Origin: the human T2T-CHM13v2.0 reference genome, Homo sapiens
Length of the DNA: 64,000 nt
Direction: 5' to 3' (one strand)
Assembly: GCF_009914755.1 (NCBI RefSeq)
Contig: NC_060936.1
A model generated the notes under the pieces. It had not been told where the DNA came from, made no database searches, and worked only from the letters and a program-made list of their open reading frames with translations. Positions 15,501 through 30,750 of the stretch are shown in pieces. Each line of letters starts with the position of its first letter. Position 1 is the stretch's first letter. A program made the position numbers and the translations under genes.

Positions 15501-16284
15501 AGAAGACATTTATGCATCCAACAGACACATGAAAAAATGCTCATCATCACTGGCCATCAGAGATACGCAAATCAAAACCACAATGAGATACCATCTCACA
15601 CCAGTTAGAATGGCGATCATTAAGAAGTCAGGAAACAACAGGTGCTGGAGAGGATGTGCAGAAATAGGAACACTTTTACACTGTTGGTGGGACTGAAAAC
15701 TAGTTCAACCATTGTGGAAGACAGTGTGGCGATTCCTCAAGGATCTAGAACTAGAAATACCATTTGACCCAGCCATCCCATTACTGGGTATATACCCAAA
15801 GGATTATAAATCATGCTGCTATAAAGACACATGCACACGTTATGTTTATTGAGGCACTATTCACAATAGCAAAGACTTGGAACCAACCCAAATGTCCATC
15901 AATGATAGACTGGATTAAGAAAATGTGGCACATATACACCATGGAATACTATGCAGCCATAAAAAAGGATGAGTTCATGTCCTTTGTATGGACATGGATG
16001 AAGCTGGAAACCATCATTCTGAACAAACTATCTCAAGGACAGAAAACCAAACACCGCACGTTCTCACTCATAGGTGGGAATTGAACAATGAGAACACATG
16101 GACACAGGATGGGGAACATCACACACCGGGGCCTGTCGTGGGGTGGGGGAAGCGGGGAGGGATTATACCTAATGTAAATGACAAGTTAACGGGTGCAGCA
16201 CACCAACATGACACATGTATACATATGTAACAAACCTGCATGTTGTGCACATATACCCTAGAACTTAAAGTATTAAAAAAAAAA
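15501..16284 (+). mobile_element. 5'-truncated L1PA (about L1PA4/5): ORF2 C-terminus, 3'UTR and poly(A)
   Basis: Peptides [36 protein letters not shown] and TIAKTWNQPKCPSMIDWIKKMWHIYTMEYYAAIKK; 17-bp TSD AAAGATACCGATC(A/G)ACA at 15484-15500 and 16285-16301. Confidence 0.95.
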
Positions 16285-16581
16285 AAAGATACCGATCGAC
16301 AAACAAATTTCTCATTCCATTCTATTGTAGCGGGGAGGGGGAGCCCCTTGTGATTGAATGCTTATGTGGGTGGAATTTTTTAAGGAGACAGAATAAAGCT
16401 GGGCACAGTGGCTCATGTCTGTCATCCCAGCACTTTGGGAGGCCGAGGCGGGCAGATCACCTGAGGCTGGAGTTCGAGACCAGCCTGACCAACATGGAGA
16501 AACCCCATCTCCACTAAAAATCCAAAAAAAAAAAAAAAATTAGCCAGGCGTGGTGGCACATGCCTGTAATCCAGCTACTCA

Positions 16582-16683
<102 letters not shown>

Positions 16684-17042
16684 TCAAAAAAAAAAAAAAA
16701 AAAAAAAAGCTGGGTGTGGTGGCTCACGCCTCTAATCTCAGCACTTTGGGAGGCCAAGGCGGGTGGATCACAAGGTCAAGAGATCGAGACCATCCTGGCC
16801 AATATGGTGAAACCCCGTCTCTACCAAAAATACAATGATTAGCCAGGTGTGGTGGCGAGTGCCTGTAATCTCAGCTACTCAGGAGGCTGAGGCAGGAGAA
16901 TCGCTTGAACCCAGGAGGCGGAAGTTGCAGTGAGCTGGGATCACGCCATTGCACTCCAGCCTGGGCGGCAGAGTAAGACTCTGTCTCAAAAAAAAAAAAA
17001 AAAAAAAAAAAAAGAGGGAGGGAGGGAAGAGAAGAAGGCAAG

Positions 17043-17094
<52 letters not shown>
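17043..17094 (-). repeat. (CCTG)13 tetranucleotide microsatellite in CSRNP2 intron 1
   Basis: Perfect (CAGG)13 on the + strand, just after an Alu A-tail. Confidence 0.97.
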
Positions 17095-17916
17095 CGGTCT
17101 TTTTCCTTAGCCTGGAAACACTCAAGGATTTATGACTGGAAGTAACTGTCCACTCCTGTTCTTTCCTCAGGTGTCCCCAGGCTTCTGGTAGTATCTCCGG
17201 TGAATATTTCTCTTTAAGCCCCATATGAACTTGGGTCTGATCCAAAATCATCTTTATTACTACAATTCTCCACGGTCTTAACCCAGCTGCCCGCAGGAGT
17301 ATCAGTTATCTTTAGGTTACTTTTTGTGAACTTGGATGCAGCAAGGATTGCTGGCTGCTTGTTCTATTCTCCTCTTTTTCTGTGTTTTCTCTACTTCTGG
17401 AATAGTGGTTTCTGGGCAATGATAGGAGATAGGTAAGAAAGAAGGAAAAAGATGTGACACCTAGGAGAAAAGTATTTTCCTTAAGCTGTCTGAGAATAAC
17501 TGGAACCTATGGCTATGTGTGTAAATAACATGTATACTGACTTATGGTCAAACTCTTCCATTCACATGGATGGCACTCAGGGAAATCCTCAAGGACTCCT
17601 CTCTTCACCCTACCCAGGCTCTGTTAGCAGCATTTTCTCTGACATTAGCTCCACCATTTTTTTAAAAAGAAAAAAGATTATGTCCCAACAACAATGTAAG
17701 ATTAAATTTCAACCCAGCTCCCCTTGTCCAACTCTCTGATATGAACTCGACTTTTAGATGAAGATGTTCACTGGGCACCAAGAACAAACCTCCTGTTCAC
17801 TTCCATGGTGCCCTGAAGAAATCCTTCTTTGGGAGGCTGAGGCAGGAGAATTGCTTGAGGCCAGGAGTGCAAAACCAACTTGGCCAACATAGCAAGACCC
17901 TGTCTCTGTATTTTCA

Positions 17917-18238
<322 letters not shown>

Positions 18239-20256
18239 TTAAAAAAATAAATCTTTCTTTGCAATAGTAACAGAATAGTTTCCATACTTTCCAATTCATC
18301 AAATTAATCTTTCAAACTACAACTAGAAAAATCAGTCATTCCTACCTCTCTCAATTATTCATTGGTAGAGGATCAATGCCTGTGTTCAAGAGATACACTT
18401 GTAAGTTTTAGCACCTAGGAATGCAGGTAAAAACCGACAGTTAACTGTCAAAATGACCAACTCAACAAATGCTTTTGGAGAAAATAATGCAACTCTCTTT
18501 AAAGCTTTTAAATGCCAGTGAAATGAAAGGTCAGCTGACACTTTCTGGCTACATGTCTAATGGTCTTTTCTCAAGAGTTTCTAGCTGAACATTTTCCAAA
18601 GTTATATGAAATAGTTAAGATCCAGAGCACAGAATACATCAGGCTAGCACCTAATAAACAGTTCCACCAGAATATGTATATTTTAGTACTAGATCTAAGT
18701 TTTTTTCAGGCCTAAAAGGATTCCTATAACCACCAAAACAAACAAACAAACAAACAACAACAACAACAAAAAAAAACAGCATATGTGAGAGCAGCAAGAG
18801 GGACTGCCCAGGCAAAATTTTCTGGAAGAATCTATTTGCAAAGTTTAGGTAATATAAGTCTCTTTCTTAAATGAGTCCAAAGTAATAAGCTACATCTCAC
18901 AGGAGAAAGCCTCTTCACTTGACTGGAACCCAACCTTCTGCTAAAGGTCAAGGAATCAAAACCTCCAGTAAGATGGTCAGGGCTACCATCTGTAGCTGGG
19001 TTGGAAGGAAGGCTTGCTGCTGTGTTACCATAAACCTGAATAAAATGACCTGCCCTGTTTCTCCTTTTACAAGATACTGTGGTTGTTTCTCATATACCAT
19101 GAATTTCATGGATCCATGTGTCTTTGTGATCACCAGGATCATGAACTTACAAAGCACCCAAGTGAAAACCCCCCGCTTAAGTTAGGTGTTTAAAGAAAGC
19201 CGTGCACTCACCACCCCCACTCCCCGATTTTTACCCATTCACTAACACAAGGTTAGAATTTTCCATGCCTAAACTACCATCGTGTGGAAGACAGATCTTT
19301 GTGGGAACTGGAACATGATGCTGCATTAACTCTCAAGGATATCCAGTCATTTATAACACCGGCACAACCAACATCCTGGCTTTGTGGATTTGCAAGACAG
19401 AAAGCCAGTGAAGAAAAAAATCTGAACTATGAATTTACCTTGAACTGAAAACTGCAGGACAAGGGGACAGTGTTGTCTTGTGGGGATAACTTCTAGCATT
19501 TCATTCTGAAGAACAGTTTGTGTGTCACACTGCCACTCTCAACCCCTTTAAAAGGATGAATCAAGACCACAGCACTAAAAGGGACGGGTGGCAGTTGGCT
19601 GCGTAATTGGGCCTATGAAAAAAGATCAAGCTAGCAACCAGGGCAATTGATGCTTTCATTTTCCCACACGACGCCAGAAATATGGGAGACATCAGGAACC
19701 GGAGCGAAGGGACATGTCAAGTCACCAGTTCCTTTTAATGAACACTCCTGCCGAACCCTTCAGCTCTCGGCCCACTTCCCTCTGATTCCTGCTAACCTTC
19801 CCGCTCATTCCAATCCTCTGCAGCCCCTACCCAGCCTTCCGCATCCCTTCCTGCCTGCTACTCACAAATTCCCAACCACTCCTCCCACATTTTCCTCTGT
19901 TCCCCCTCCCCTTCCTTCACTTTCCTCCATCCTACATCATTCTCCACTCCATTCCGAACTCAATCCTCATCTGCAATCCTGCAGGCTTCCAAGCCGCCCA
20001 TCGGTCTCCCGCGAGCTGCCCCCGCAGTCCGGGCCAGCGTCCTCGGTGCCCCTCGCTCCCACGCCTCTTCCCGACTCGGTTCCTTCCCAACGGCACCCGA
20101 CCTCCCCGCCCCCCGACCGCTCCCGTCCGAGCCTCTCATTTCTGACCCCTCCATCCGCACGGCTCTGGGCTTGACCACTCCTCCACGGCCGCCCGAGGGC
20201 CGATCCCGAGAAAGGACGAGGCGGCACCCTCCGCCCCGCACCCCTAGGCCCATTAC

Positions 20257-20514
20257 CGGCCCCGCCGCAGCTGCCTCCTCCCGTGATGGTCTCTGCCGCC
20301 CCCGCTGCCGCCGCCGCCCTAGCCCGGTGGGAAGGAGGGAGGAGCGAGCGAGTCCCGGGCCCCGCGGCGACGGCCGGGGAGCTCCCAGGGCGGCAGGGCG
20401 GGGAGGGAGGGCGGTGGGCAGCCCAGCCGGCAGGCAGAGAGGGCCGGGCGTCTCCGGCAACTCGGGCGCCCCCGGCAGCAGACGCCCAGAACCGCCCCGG
20501 CTCCGGCTAACAAT
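20257..20514 (-). other. CSRNP2: CSRNP2 non-coding exon 1 (5' end approximate)
   Basis: GC-rich with no ATG on the minus strand; donor CCG|gtaatg at 20256; 5' end inferred about 31 nt downstream of TATAAGAG. Confidence 0.8.
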
Positions 20515-20580
20515 AGGATCCGGCCGCAGCGCACTGGCTCTTATAGGCGCCGGCACGTCCTGACCGAGACCCGGGGCTGG

Positions 20581-20636
20581 CTGGGAAATGGAGTCTACGG
20601 GCCGGCCCACACCCAGCAGCATGCCGGGAGTTGTAG
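20581..20636 (-). promoter_or_regulatory. Two tandem ZNF143(Staf)/THAP11-type motifs (consensus ACTACAnnTCCCAG)
   Basis: Minus strand reads CTACAACTCCCGGCATGC (20619-20636) and ACTCCATTTCCCAG (20581-20594). Confidence 0.75.
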
Positions 20637-20965
20637 GCGGTAACTGCTGCAAAGCCGAAGCCGGCGCGCAAACCGGCTCCCGAGGCGGCAGCTCTGCTGC
20701 AACCTTTTAATGGGGGAAGAGAGGAGACTCAGCTACAGATCTTAAATAAACGAATTCTCCTCCAAAGCTCCCTTTTTCTTTCGTGTCCTGACCACACGCC
20801 ATTAGGAACATGATCCCCCCTTCTCCTCGCTCATGGGGTCTTAGTCTTCAGCAATATGACTTATTGCAGCCTGCGCAGGTTATAAAGAATACAAGCAATA
20901 TCTTGAGTTATCTACTTATATGAGGGAGTGCTTTGAGTGTTTTCTTTAAAAAAAAAAAAATTGCT

Positions 20966-21295
<330 letters not shown>

Positions 21296-21504
21296 TTAAA
21301 TAGAAAAGGGGTTTTCGCCATGTTGCCCCGGCTGGTCTTGCACTCCTGGGCCCAGGCGATCCGCCCGCCTCGGCCTCCCAAAGTGCTGGGATTATACGCA
21401 TGAGCCACCGCGCCCTTCCGCAACCTATTTTTAAGAAAGGGCGCCAGGCGCGGTGGCTCATGCCTGTAATCCCAGCACTTTGGGAGGCCGAGGCGGGCGG
21501 GTCA

Positions 21505-21720
<216 letters not shown>

Positions 21721-22733
21721 TCAAAAAAAAAAAGAAAAAGAAAAAGAAAAAAAAGGGGAAAACCAAGATTAAGAAGTCAAAAGTTGTATGTGATTTGCCA
21801 AGGACACATAGCCTTGGTTTCTTCTTTGTTGTCTTTCCCTTGAACTATAAGGCTCGGCAAGCTCGAGCTGCATTCTCTTGTCCCCCGACCCCCACCCCGC
21901 CCCCTCATTTTGTTCTGTCATCTTGTTTGCTTCTACTTTCCCCCTTCCATACTCTGCTTGAATACACTGGCCTCATTGCAGCTCCTTCAACTGGGCAATC
22001 ATTCTCTTACCTCAGGGCCTTTTGTCTGGCTTCCACCAGCTAGCCACATACTTACTCCCTCACATAATATCTGCTCGAATGTCCCCATATCCGAGATCTT
22101 CCCTAACCATATTTCTTTTTCCCTGCATTAAGAGACAGGATTTCACTCTGTCACCCAGGCTGGAGTGCAGTGGCGCAATCACGGCTCACAGCAGCCTCAA
22201 ACTCCCGGGCACAAATGCCTAACCATATTTCTAAAATGGTGCTTCTCCTTAGTTTCTATCCCTGTGCCTTATATTTCTTCTTAGCATCCACGTATTTGTT
22301 TTTGTCTTGTCTCACTTGACTAAATTCGGTGAGAGCAAGGAATTGTTTTGTTTACTGTATCCTCAACACACAGTACAAAGCCTAGTAGTTGACATTTAAG
22401 AGTATGATAGATATTTATTGGATAGATGGATGGACAGCAGGATTTAAACTCACGTTAGGCTGGTTCCAAAACCTGGTACATTTTTCACTGCAACCAAGAA
22501 ACTATGAAGCCAGATCCACTAGCTACCAAGCCATCTCAGCTTTAGAAGTGAGAGGCTGGATGGCTTGGGAAAACATGCTAAGAATTTCAGTTCTCTCCCC
22601 TAGGTGACATCAGAGACTCCAAGAAGCTAGGACACTACACTGCAAAATAAAAAAGCAGTAAATCAGAAAAAAGCAATCTTTTGGTAACATGCACTTGTCA
22701 TCTCTCTTTGCTGAAATTCAGAGGCAATATAAT

Positions 22734-22985
22734 GAGTGATCAAGAGCATGGATCCTGGAGTGATCGAGAGCATTGATCCTGGAGCCAGACTGCCTGAATA
22801 TAAACCCCACTTCCTCTACTTACTAGTGGCATGACCCCGGGCAAGGGACATAAGTTTTCTGCCTTAGCTTCCTCATTTGCAAGCCAGGAATAACGATGTC
22901 TATCTCATTGGGTTTTGTGAAGATTAAACAGCTGATATATTGGAAAATGTTTACAACAGTCAGTGCTGTGTAAATGTTAGCTATT
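22734..22985 (+). mobile_element. MIR with a 24-bp tandem duplication at its 5' end
   Basis: GAGTGATC(A/G)AGAGCAT(G/T)GATCCTG x2, then GGAGCCAGACTGCCTG...TTCCTCATTTG...TAAATGTTAGCTATT; further MIRs near 1700-1830, 24420-24610, 35930-36460 and 54770-54970. Confidence 0.75.
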
Positions 22986-25363
22986 TTTAATCATAAGCTT
23001 TCTATTCAGTTGTGTAGAAGGTTTGGTTCATGATCCCATTCTTCCTGTGCATACAGAAGACAAAAGGGAAGAGAAAACTATCCTAGACCACTCTATAGAA
23101 TCAGTAGGCTGAGTAACAAAAAACCAGCCTGATGCCCATGTTGAGGATGCTAAAAAAGTGTCTCATATGCCTACACATCCAGTGTTCCAGCAGTCATGGA
23201 AATTCATCAGGGTACCATCAGCCCCAGTGCCCAATGCATTAACCTCAATTGGTTAATGCCACCAAACTAGAAGATAGCCAAACCAATGTTAGTACATCCT
23301 TTGAGAAGACGGCAGAATTCAATTTGGCAATAAGCTCTTGATCAGTCAGAAGATCATCTGGGCCAGGCATGGTGGCTCACACCTGTAATCCCAGCACTTT
23401 AGGAGGCTGAGGAGGGAAGATTGCTCGAGCCCAGGAGTTTGAGACCAGCCTGGGCAACATGGAGGGAGACTCTGTCTCACAAGAAATTTTTAAAAATTAG
23501 CCAGGTGCAGTGGCATGCACCTGTGATCCCAGTTACTTGGGAGGCTGAGGTGGGAGAATCACTTGAGCACAGGAGGTCAAGCTGCAGTGACAGCTGTGTT
23601 CATGCCACTGCACTCCAGCCTGAGTGACAGAACAAGACCCTCTCTTTTTTAATTAAAAAAAATAATAAAATAGAGATGGGGGTTCTCCCTGTGTTGCCCA
23701 GGCTGGTCACGAACTCCTGTGCTCAAGCAATCCACCAGCCTCAGCCTCCCCAAGTGCTGGGATTACAGGCCTGAGCCACCACACCCGGCAGAGACTCTGT
23801 CTCTAAAAATAAAAATAATAGGCTGGGTGCGGTGGCTCAGGCCTGTAATCCCAGCACTTGGGGAGGCCAAGGTGGGTGGATCACTTGATGCCAGGAGTTC
23901 AAGACCAGTCCAGCCAACATGGCGAAACCCCATCTCTACTAAAAATAGCTGGGAATGATGGCACGAGCCTGTACTCCCAGCTACTTGGAAGGTTGAGGCA
24001 TGAGAATCGCTTGAACCCAGGAAGGCGGAGGTTGCAGTGAGCCGAGATTGCGCAACTGAACTCCAGCCTGGACAACAGAACGAGACTCTGTCTAAAACAA
24101 AAAACAACAACAACGAAAAAAATCATGACCCGAGCAGTGTTTTCTTTTCTTTCTTCCTTTTTTTTTCTTTTCTAATAGAGAGAGGGGTCTCACGTTCCCC
24201 AGGCTGGCCTTGGACTCCTGGGTTCAAACAATCCTCCTGCCTTTGCCTCCCAAAGTGCAAGGATTACAGGCATGAGCCACCACGCCTGGCCCTGGGAAGT
24301 GTTTTATACTTTGGTCTTGCAGCTATGACTGTGTGTGAAGGTGATCTTATAGTCAGTAGTATCCTTAGATTATTGAGCTAATGAACAGGTGTATAGTATT
24401 CAGTATAAACTGTTTTACACTCATAATCCCTTTAAAACTCTCAAATAACTCTATGAATTAAGTATTACCTCCTTTTTAATACTTAATTCATAGGGTTAAG
24501 ATGATAAAATTGAGGCTTGAAAGATTACTCTGTCCAAAGTCATATCCAGGAAGAGAAGGATCTGGGATTTGAATGCAGGCCTATCTGACACCAAAATATA
24601 TACTGTATCAACTACCTCTTACCACCAAAAGATAAACGAGAACACATTCCCCAGAGAGGTGAAAATAAATAGGACAGAGGATATAATATGTTGAAATTCT
24701 TAGAGAAAAAGAGTTAAAATAAAAATCTAAGGCATTGTGTTTGTTTTTCTGAAAAGGTATCTGTAGACTTAGCCCTAAAGTTGTTATGCTACTTCACTAA
24801 TTGACATTTAATTATATTATATTCCAGATCTAGAGAGACAGGCACCTCTTTGTGACTAATTCCACACTAACAAAAAGAGAACAGTATGTGTAAATCTGAG
24901 AAAAAGAGTGCCACAGCAAACTGAAAGCACAAACACCAAAGAAGTCATATGCGCCATTGCACTCCAGCCTGGGCGACAAAAGTGAAACTCTGTCCTCCCA
25001 CCACACAAAAAAAGGAAAAGAAAACAAGAATCTACATTAATTAAAATGTGCACCTCATCTTAAACATATCTAATACATGAAAACAGAGATTCGCATAATA
25101 GGTAAACCAGTTATAACTCATGTCCCAAAATACCATATCAGTAAAAAATAGTACAATAAGACAACAAATAATACAATAATATTAGTTTAAATAGCAAGTT
25201 CCCTTATAATTGATATTAATCCAATTGAAAACTTTAATTCATATAAACTTTTCAGTGTCTGAATTTGAAAATGCAAATGCTAGACTTACTTGAAATTTTT
25301 GGCCAGGCGCGGTGGTTCATGCCTGTAATCCCAGCACTTTGGGAGGCGCAGGTGGGTGGATCA

Positions 25364-25729
<366 letters not shown>

Positions 25730-26569
25730 TCAAGGTTGAAGATAAAATACAAGGTCACTAAAAGAACCAGGAAGGAGAAATAAAGTATGCAGAAAAAACA
25801 GTGCTGGTGGCATTACTCCCATGTCACAAAGGGCATCTTTCCCAACTCACTCCATTTTGCAGTGGTAGGATATTCTTCCTCATTTAAGTTTTGGAGTTGG
25901 TATAATGAAACAAAAATTAATCACAAACTAAAAGCAAGCATTCTAGCAGGGAAAGCCTTAACTCACAACTAAGAAAGTAGAGCATTTGCAGGAGAAGCAG
26001 AATGATGTAGGATTACTCCTAATGACATAATATATAGGCTGGGTGTGGTGGCTCACGCCTATAATCCCAGCACTTTGGAAGGCTAAGGTGGGAGGCTCGC
26101 TTGAAGCCAGGAGTTCAGATCAGCAAGGACCACATGGCAAGATCCTGTCTCTACGAAAAATAAAAATTAGAGCTGGGCACAGTGGCACATACCTGTAATC
26201 CCAGCACTTTGGATGGCTGAGGTGGGAGAATCGCTTGAGCCCAGGAGGTCAAGGCTGCAGTGAGCTATGATGGTGCCACTGCCCTCCAGCCTAGGCAGCA
26301 AAGTGAGATCCTGCCTCAAACAAAACAAAACAAATTTGTTGGGTGTGGTGGCACATGCCTGTAGTCCTACCTACTCAGGAGACAGGCGAGAGGATCACTT
26401 GAGCCTAGGAGTTCAAGGCTACAGTGTGCTATGATCACACCACAGCCTGGGCAACAGAGCAGGACCCTGTCTCTTAAAAACAAAAAAAGAAGCTAAGAAA
26501 GAAATAGGCTGGGCGCAGTGGCTCATGCCTGTAATCCGAACACTTTGGGAGGTCAAGGCTGGTGGATCA

Positions 26570-26782
<213 letters not shown>

Positions 26783-27457
26783 TCAAAAAAAAAAAAAAGG
26801 AAAAAAAGAAAAAAAAAGAAATATATATATATATATATAAATGGGGCAGCTAGGTGGGACAATTGTGCCATTCCTACTGAGACTGGAGTTCTCATAAGAC
26901 CCATGGCGGCCATAACAGATCAAATTCCTGTAGAGGAACCATCCGTGACCAAGGAAGCAGACCAATAATTCAGTAAAATGATAAAATGGTTCTTCAATTT
27001 CAGTTCTCCTGTCCCCCCAAATCTGGAATTGTTAGGTTTGGCCAGAGAAAAAAGCTACAAGAGGGAGAAGCTCAATCCTGACTTCAAATATTTGGACTCT
27101 AAATTGCTTTCAAGACTGAATACCGAAGCTCTGCTCAGCCCTTCATGGTGATTTGCAAGACAGTTCAAATCTCTGCGGTAACCCTATACAAAACACTTTC
27201 TCAGAATATGTGGGGATACACAGGGTTTTGAGAACACTCCTCCATTATGCATACATTAGAAATGGTTGGTGCCATTATCTCACACCTTCTTTACTTGCCA
27301 AGCTTCCCCCGGAACCTCCAGCTCAGAGATCATACTCTGCCCGCACAACATACCCAGTACCTGGACTTCCAGGAATCAGAACTTCAGCCCCTTCATGTGG
27401 ACCTTACTTTTTTGTCACGTCTTGGGTTGTCTTTTTAAAATTTCGTTTTTTAGATAG

Positions 27458-27838
<381 letters not shown>

Positions 27839-28094
27839 TAACATTGAACAGTCAATCTCATTACTCAACAGCCACATTTCACGTACTGACTACTCAATCC
27901 TTAGAGTCCTGCAACAACTTCCCTCCCCTTTTATTAATATTTCGCAATAACTCCCTTTTAATTATCAAGTCTTTATACAGCAGATTTTTCTACATGGAAC
28001 CTATTATACTTCAAAGGAGTACAGGCAATGGTAAGTCAAATAGGATGCTACGCCTCTTCTCTAAATGGCCTAGGCCGGTATGGTGGGTGGCTCA

Positions 28095-28410
<316 letters not shown>

Positions 28411-28513
28411 TTAAAAAGAATGATGTAGAACTAAAAATTCTAGTATAGTAAGATATTCAAGATATGCTAAATACAAAAATCAAATTGCAGGTCATTAGTA
28501 TAACATGAGCCCA

Positions 28514-28515
<2 letters not shown>

Positions 28516-28553
<38 letters not shown>

Positions 28554-28562
28554 TGCATGTGT
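28516..28562 (+). repeat. (TG)n microsatellite, intergenic
   Basis: Direct reading of the sequence. Confidence 0.95.
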
Positions 28563-30412
28563 GATGGGGGAAATTCTTTGCAATGATTACCTCTACAGAG
28601 TGGGACTAAGAGGTAAGGGGGAAAGTTATATGATACCATTCTTTATTGTTTGAATTTATCATTCTGTGTATTACTTTCATAATGAAAAAGCTAGTATAAA
28701 ATTTTCACTTAATTGAAAGGATTATTAGTGAACATATGCAATGTTTTAAAGCAAACTGAATAATTACAGTGTTCTAGCACTATGCCAATTCTTACCAATT
28801 ATACATCACTGGCACAATAAAAATTTTTTGTAGCTAAAGAAAGCCTAAGAGATTTTCTGGTAAATTTAAGGATCTATAATTTCAAAGTTGTATAAGTTCA
28901 TTTCCATAAATTCGAAGACTACTCTAAAAAACCCTGACTTCAGGTAAAAATAGTTAAGTGTAATTTATAGTCAATATATTAATAAAGGCCAGGCGTGGTG
29001 GCTCATGCCTGTAATCTCAACACTTTGGGAGGCCAAGGCAGGAGGACTGCTTGAGGCCAGGAGTTCAAGACTAGGTTGGCAACATGGTAAGATCCTGTCT
29101 CTACAAAAAAACATTAGCAGGGCTTCGTGGTGTGTGCCTGTAGTCCTAGCTACTTGGGAGGCTGAGGCAGGAGGATCACTTGAGCCTGGGAGTTTGAGGC
29201 TGCAGTGAGCTATAACTGGCACTGCACTCCAGCCTGGGTGACAGAGGGAGATATAATTCTTGTTTTGTTTTCTTTGAGATGGGGGTCTTACTTCGTCACT
29301 TAAGCTACAGTGCAGTGGCATGATCACAGCTCACTGCAGCCTCCAACCCTAGGCTCAAGTAATCACTGCCATACCTGGCTAATTTTTTTAACTTTTTGTA
29401 GAGATGGGGGGGCGGGTCTCACTTTGTTGCCCAGGCTGGTCTTGAACTCCTGACCTGGCTTAAAGTGATCCTCCCATTTTGGCCTCCTAAAGTGCTGGGC
29501 TTACAGGCATGAGCCACTGTGCCTCATCTATATATTTAATTTTATGCATCATTTGCAGTAAGAGTCACAAATGCAAAGATTTGGAAGAAACCTTAAAAGT
29601 CACCTAGCCTTGGGCCAGGTGCGGTGGCTCACACCTGTAATCCCAGCACTTTGGGAGGCCGAGGTGGGTGGATCATGAGGTCAGGAGTTCAAGACCAGCC
29701 TGGCCAACATAGTAAAACCCCATCTCTACTAAAAATAGAAAAATTAGCATGGCATGGTGGTCCGTGCCTGTAGTCCCAGCTACTCAGGAGGCTGAGGCAG
29801 GAGAATTGCTTGAACCCGGGAGGCAGAGGTTGCAAGTGAGCTGAGATCAGGCCATTTAACTCCAGCCTGGGCAACAGAGTGAGACTCCGTCTCAAAACAA
29901 AAAAGTCACCTAGTCTTGGCCAGGCACGGTGGCTCACACCTGTACTCCCAGCACTTTGGAAGATGAGACGGGGGATCACTTGAGCCCAGGAGTTCAAGAC
30001 CAACCTGGCAGGCAACACAGTGAGACCTCATTTCTATATTTTATTTTATTAAAAAAAATTTTTTTGAGACAGTCTTGCTCTGTCACCCAGCCTGGAGTGC
30101 AGCAGCCTGATCTCAACTCATTGCAACCCCACCTCCCAGGTTTAAGCAATTCTCATGTCTTAGACTCCCAAGTAGCTGGGATTACAGGTGTGTGCCACCA
30201 CGCCCAGCTAATTTTGTATTTTTAGTAGAGACAGGGTTTCACCATGTTGGCCAGGCTGGTCTTAATCTCCAGGCCTCAAGTGATCTGCTTGCCTCAGCCT
30301 CCCAAATTGTTGGGATTACAGGCATAAGCCACGGTGCCCAGACTCATTTCTATATTAAAAAAAAAAAAAAAGAAAAAGGCATCTAGTCCAACTTTCCTAC
30401 CCAAACACCTAG

Positions 30413-30451
<39 letters not shown>

Positions 30452-30750
30452 AAACCAATAGCAGCCTGCTGAGGAAAGAACTGAGGTTGAGAACCAGTAC
30501 TAGGAATATAAGACAACCAGATACGTCTCCTCCTCAAAATGGAGACACCTGGTAATCATTCACTAAGAAGCATTTTGGTGTAATATAACAAGTTGCTCAG
30601 GTCAGTTTTAAACAAGTCATTGACTTAATTTTTTGGTTTCAAAGTTTTCAATTTGTTTCAAACCAAGAGAAATTAGACCATGATGCAGATTGAGTTTAAT
30701 GAACAAAAATCTCTGTATAAAAAACATTTAAACCTTATCAAATGCTTTAA

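Larger units (their letters stand above)
19990..20700. promoter_or_regulatory. CpG island / CSRNP2 promoter
   Basis: Very high GC and CpG density spanning exon 1; GC boxes; TATA-like TATAAGAG on the minus strand at 20538-20545. Confidence 0.92.

Noticed and set aside
15427-16084. Protein-like ORFs here and at 50548-51000
   Set aside because: Broken fragments of L1 ORF2.
19647-20652. Overlapping 70-230 aa Pro/Gly/Arg-rich ORFs on both strands
   Set aside because: Expected stop-codon scarcity in a CpG island; low complexity and no recognisable domain.
26840-27030. Unique-looking intergenic segment that may be an old transposon or enhancer
   Set aside because: I cannot assign it to any family or motif from sequence alone; needs a Dfam and conservation search.
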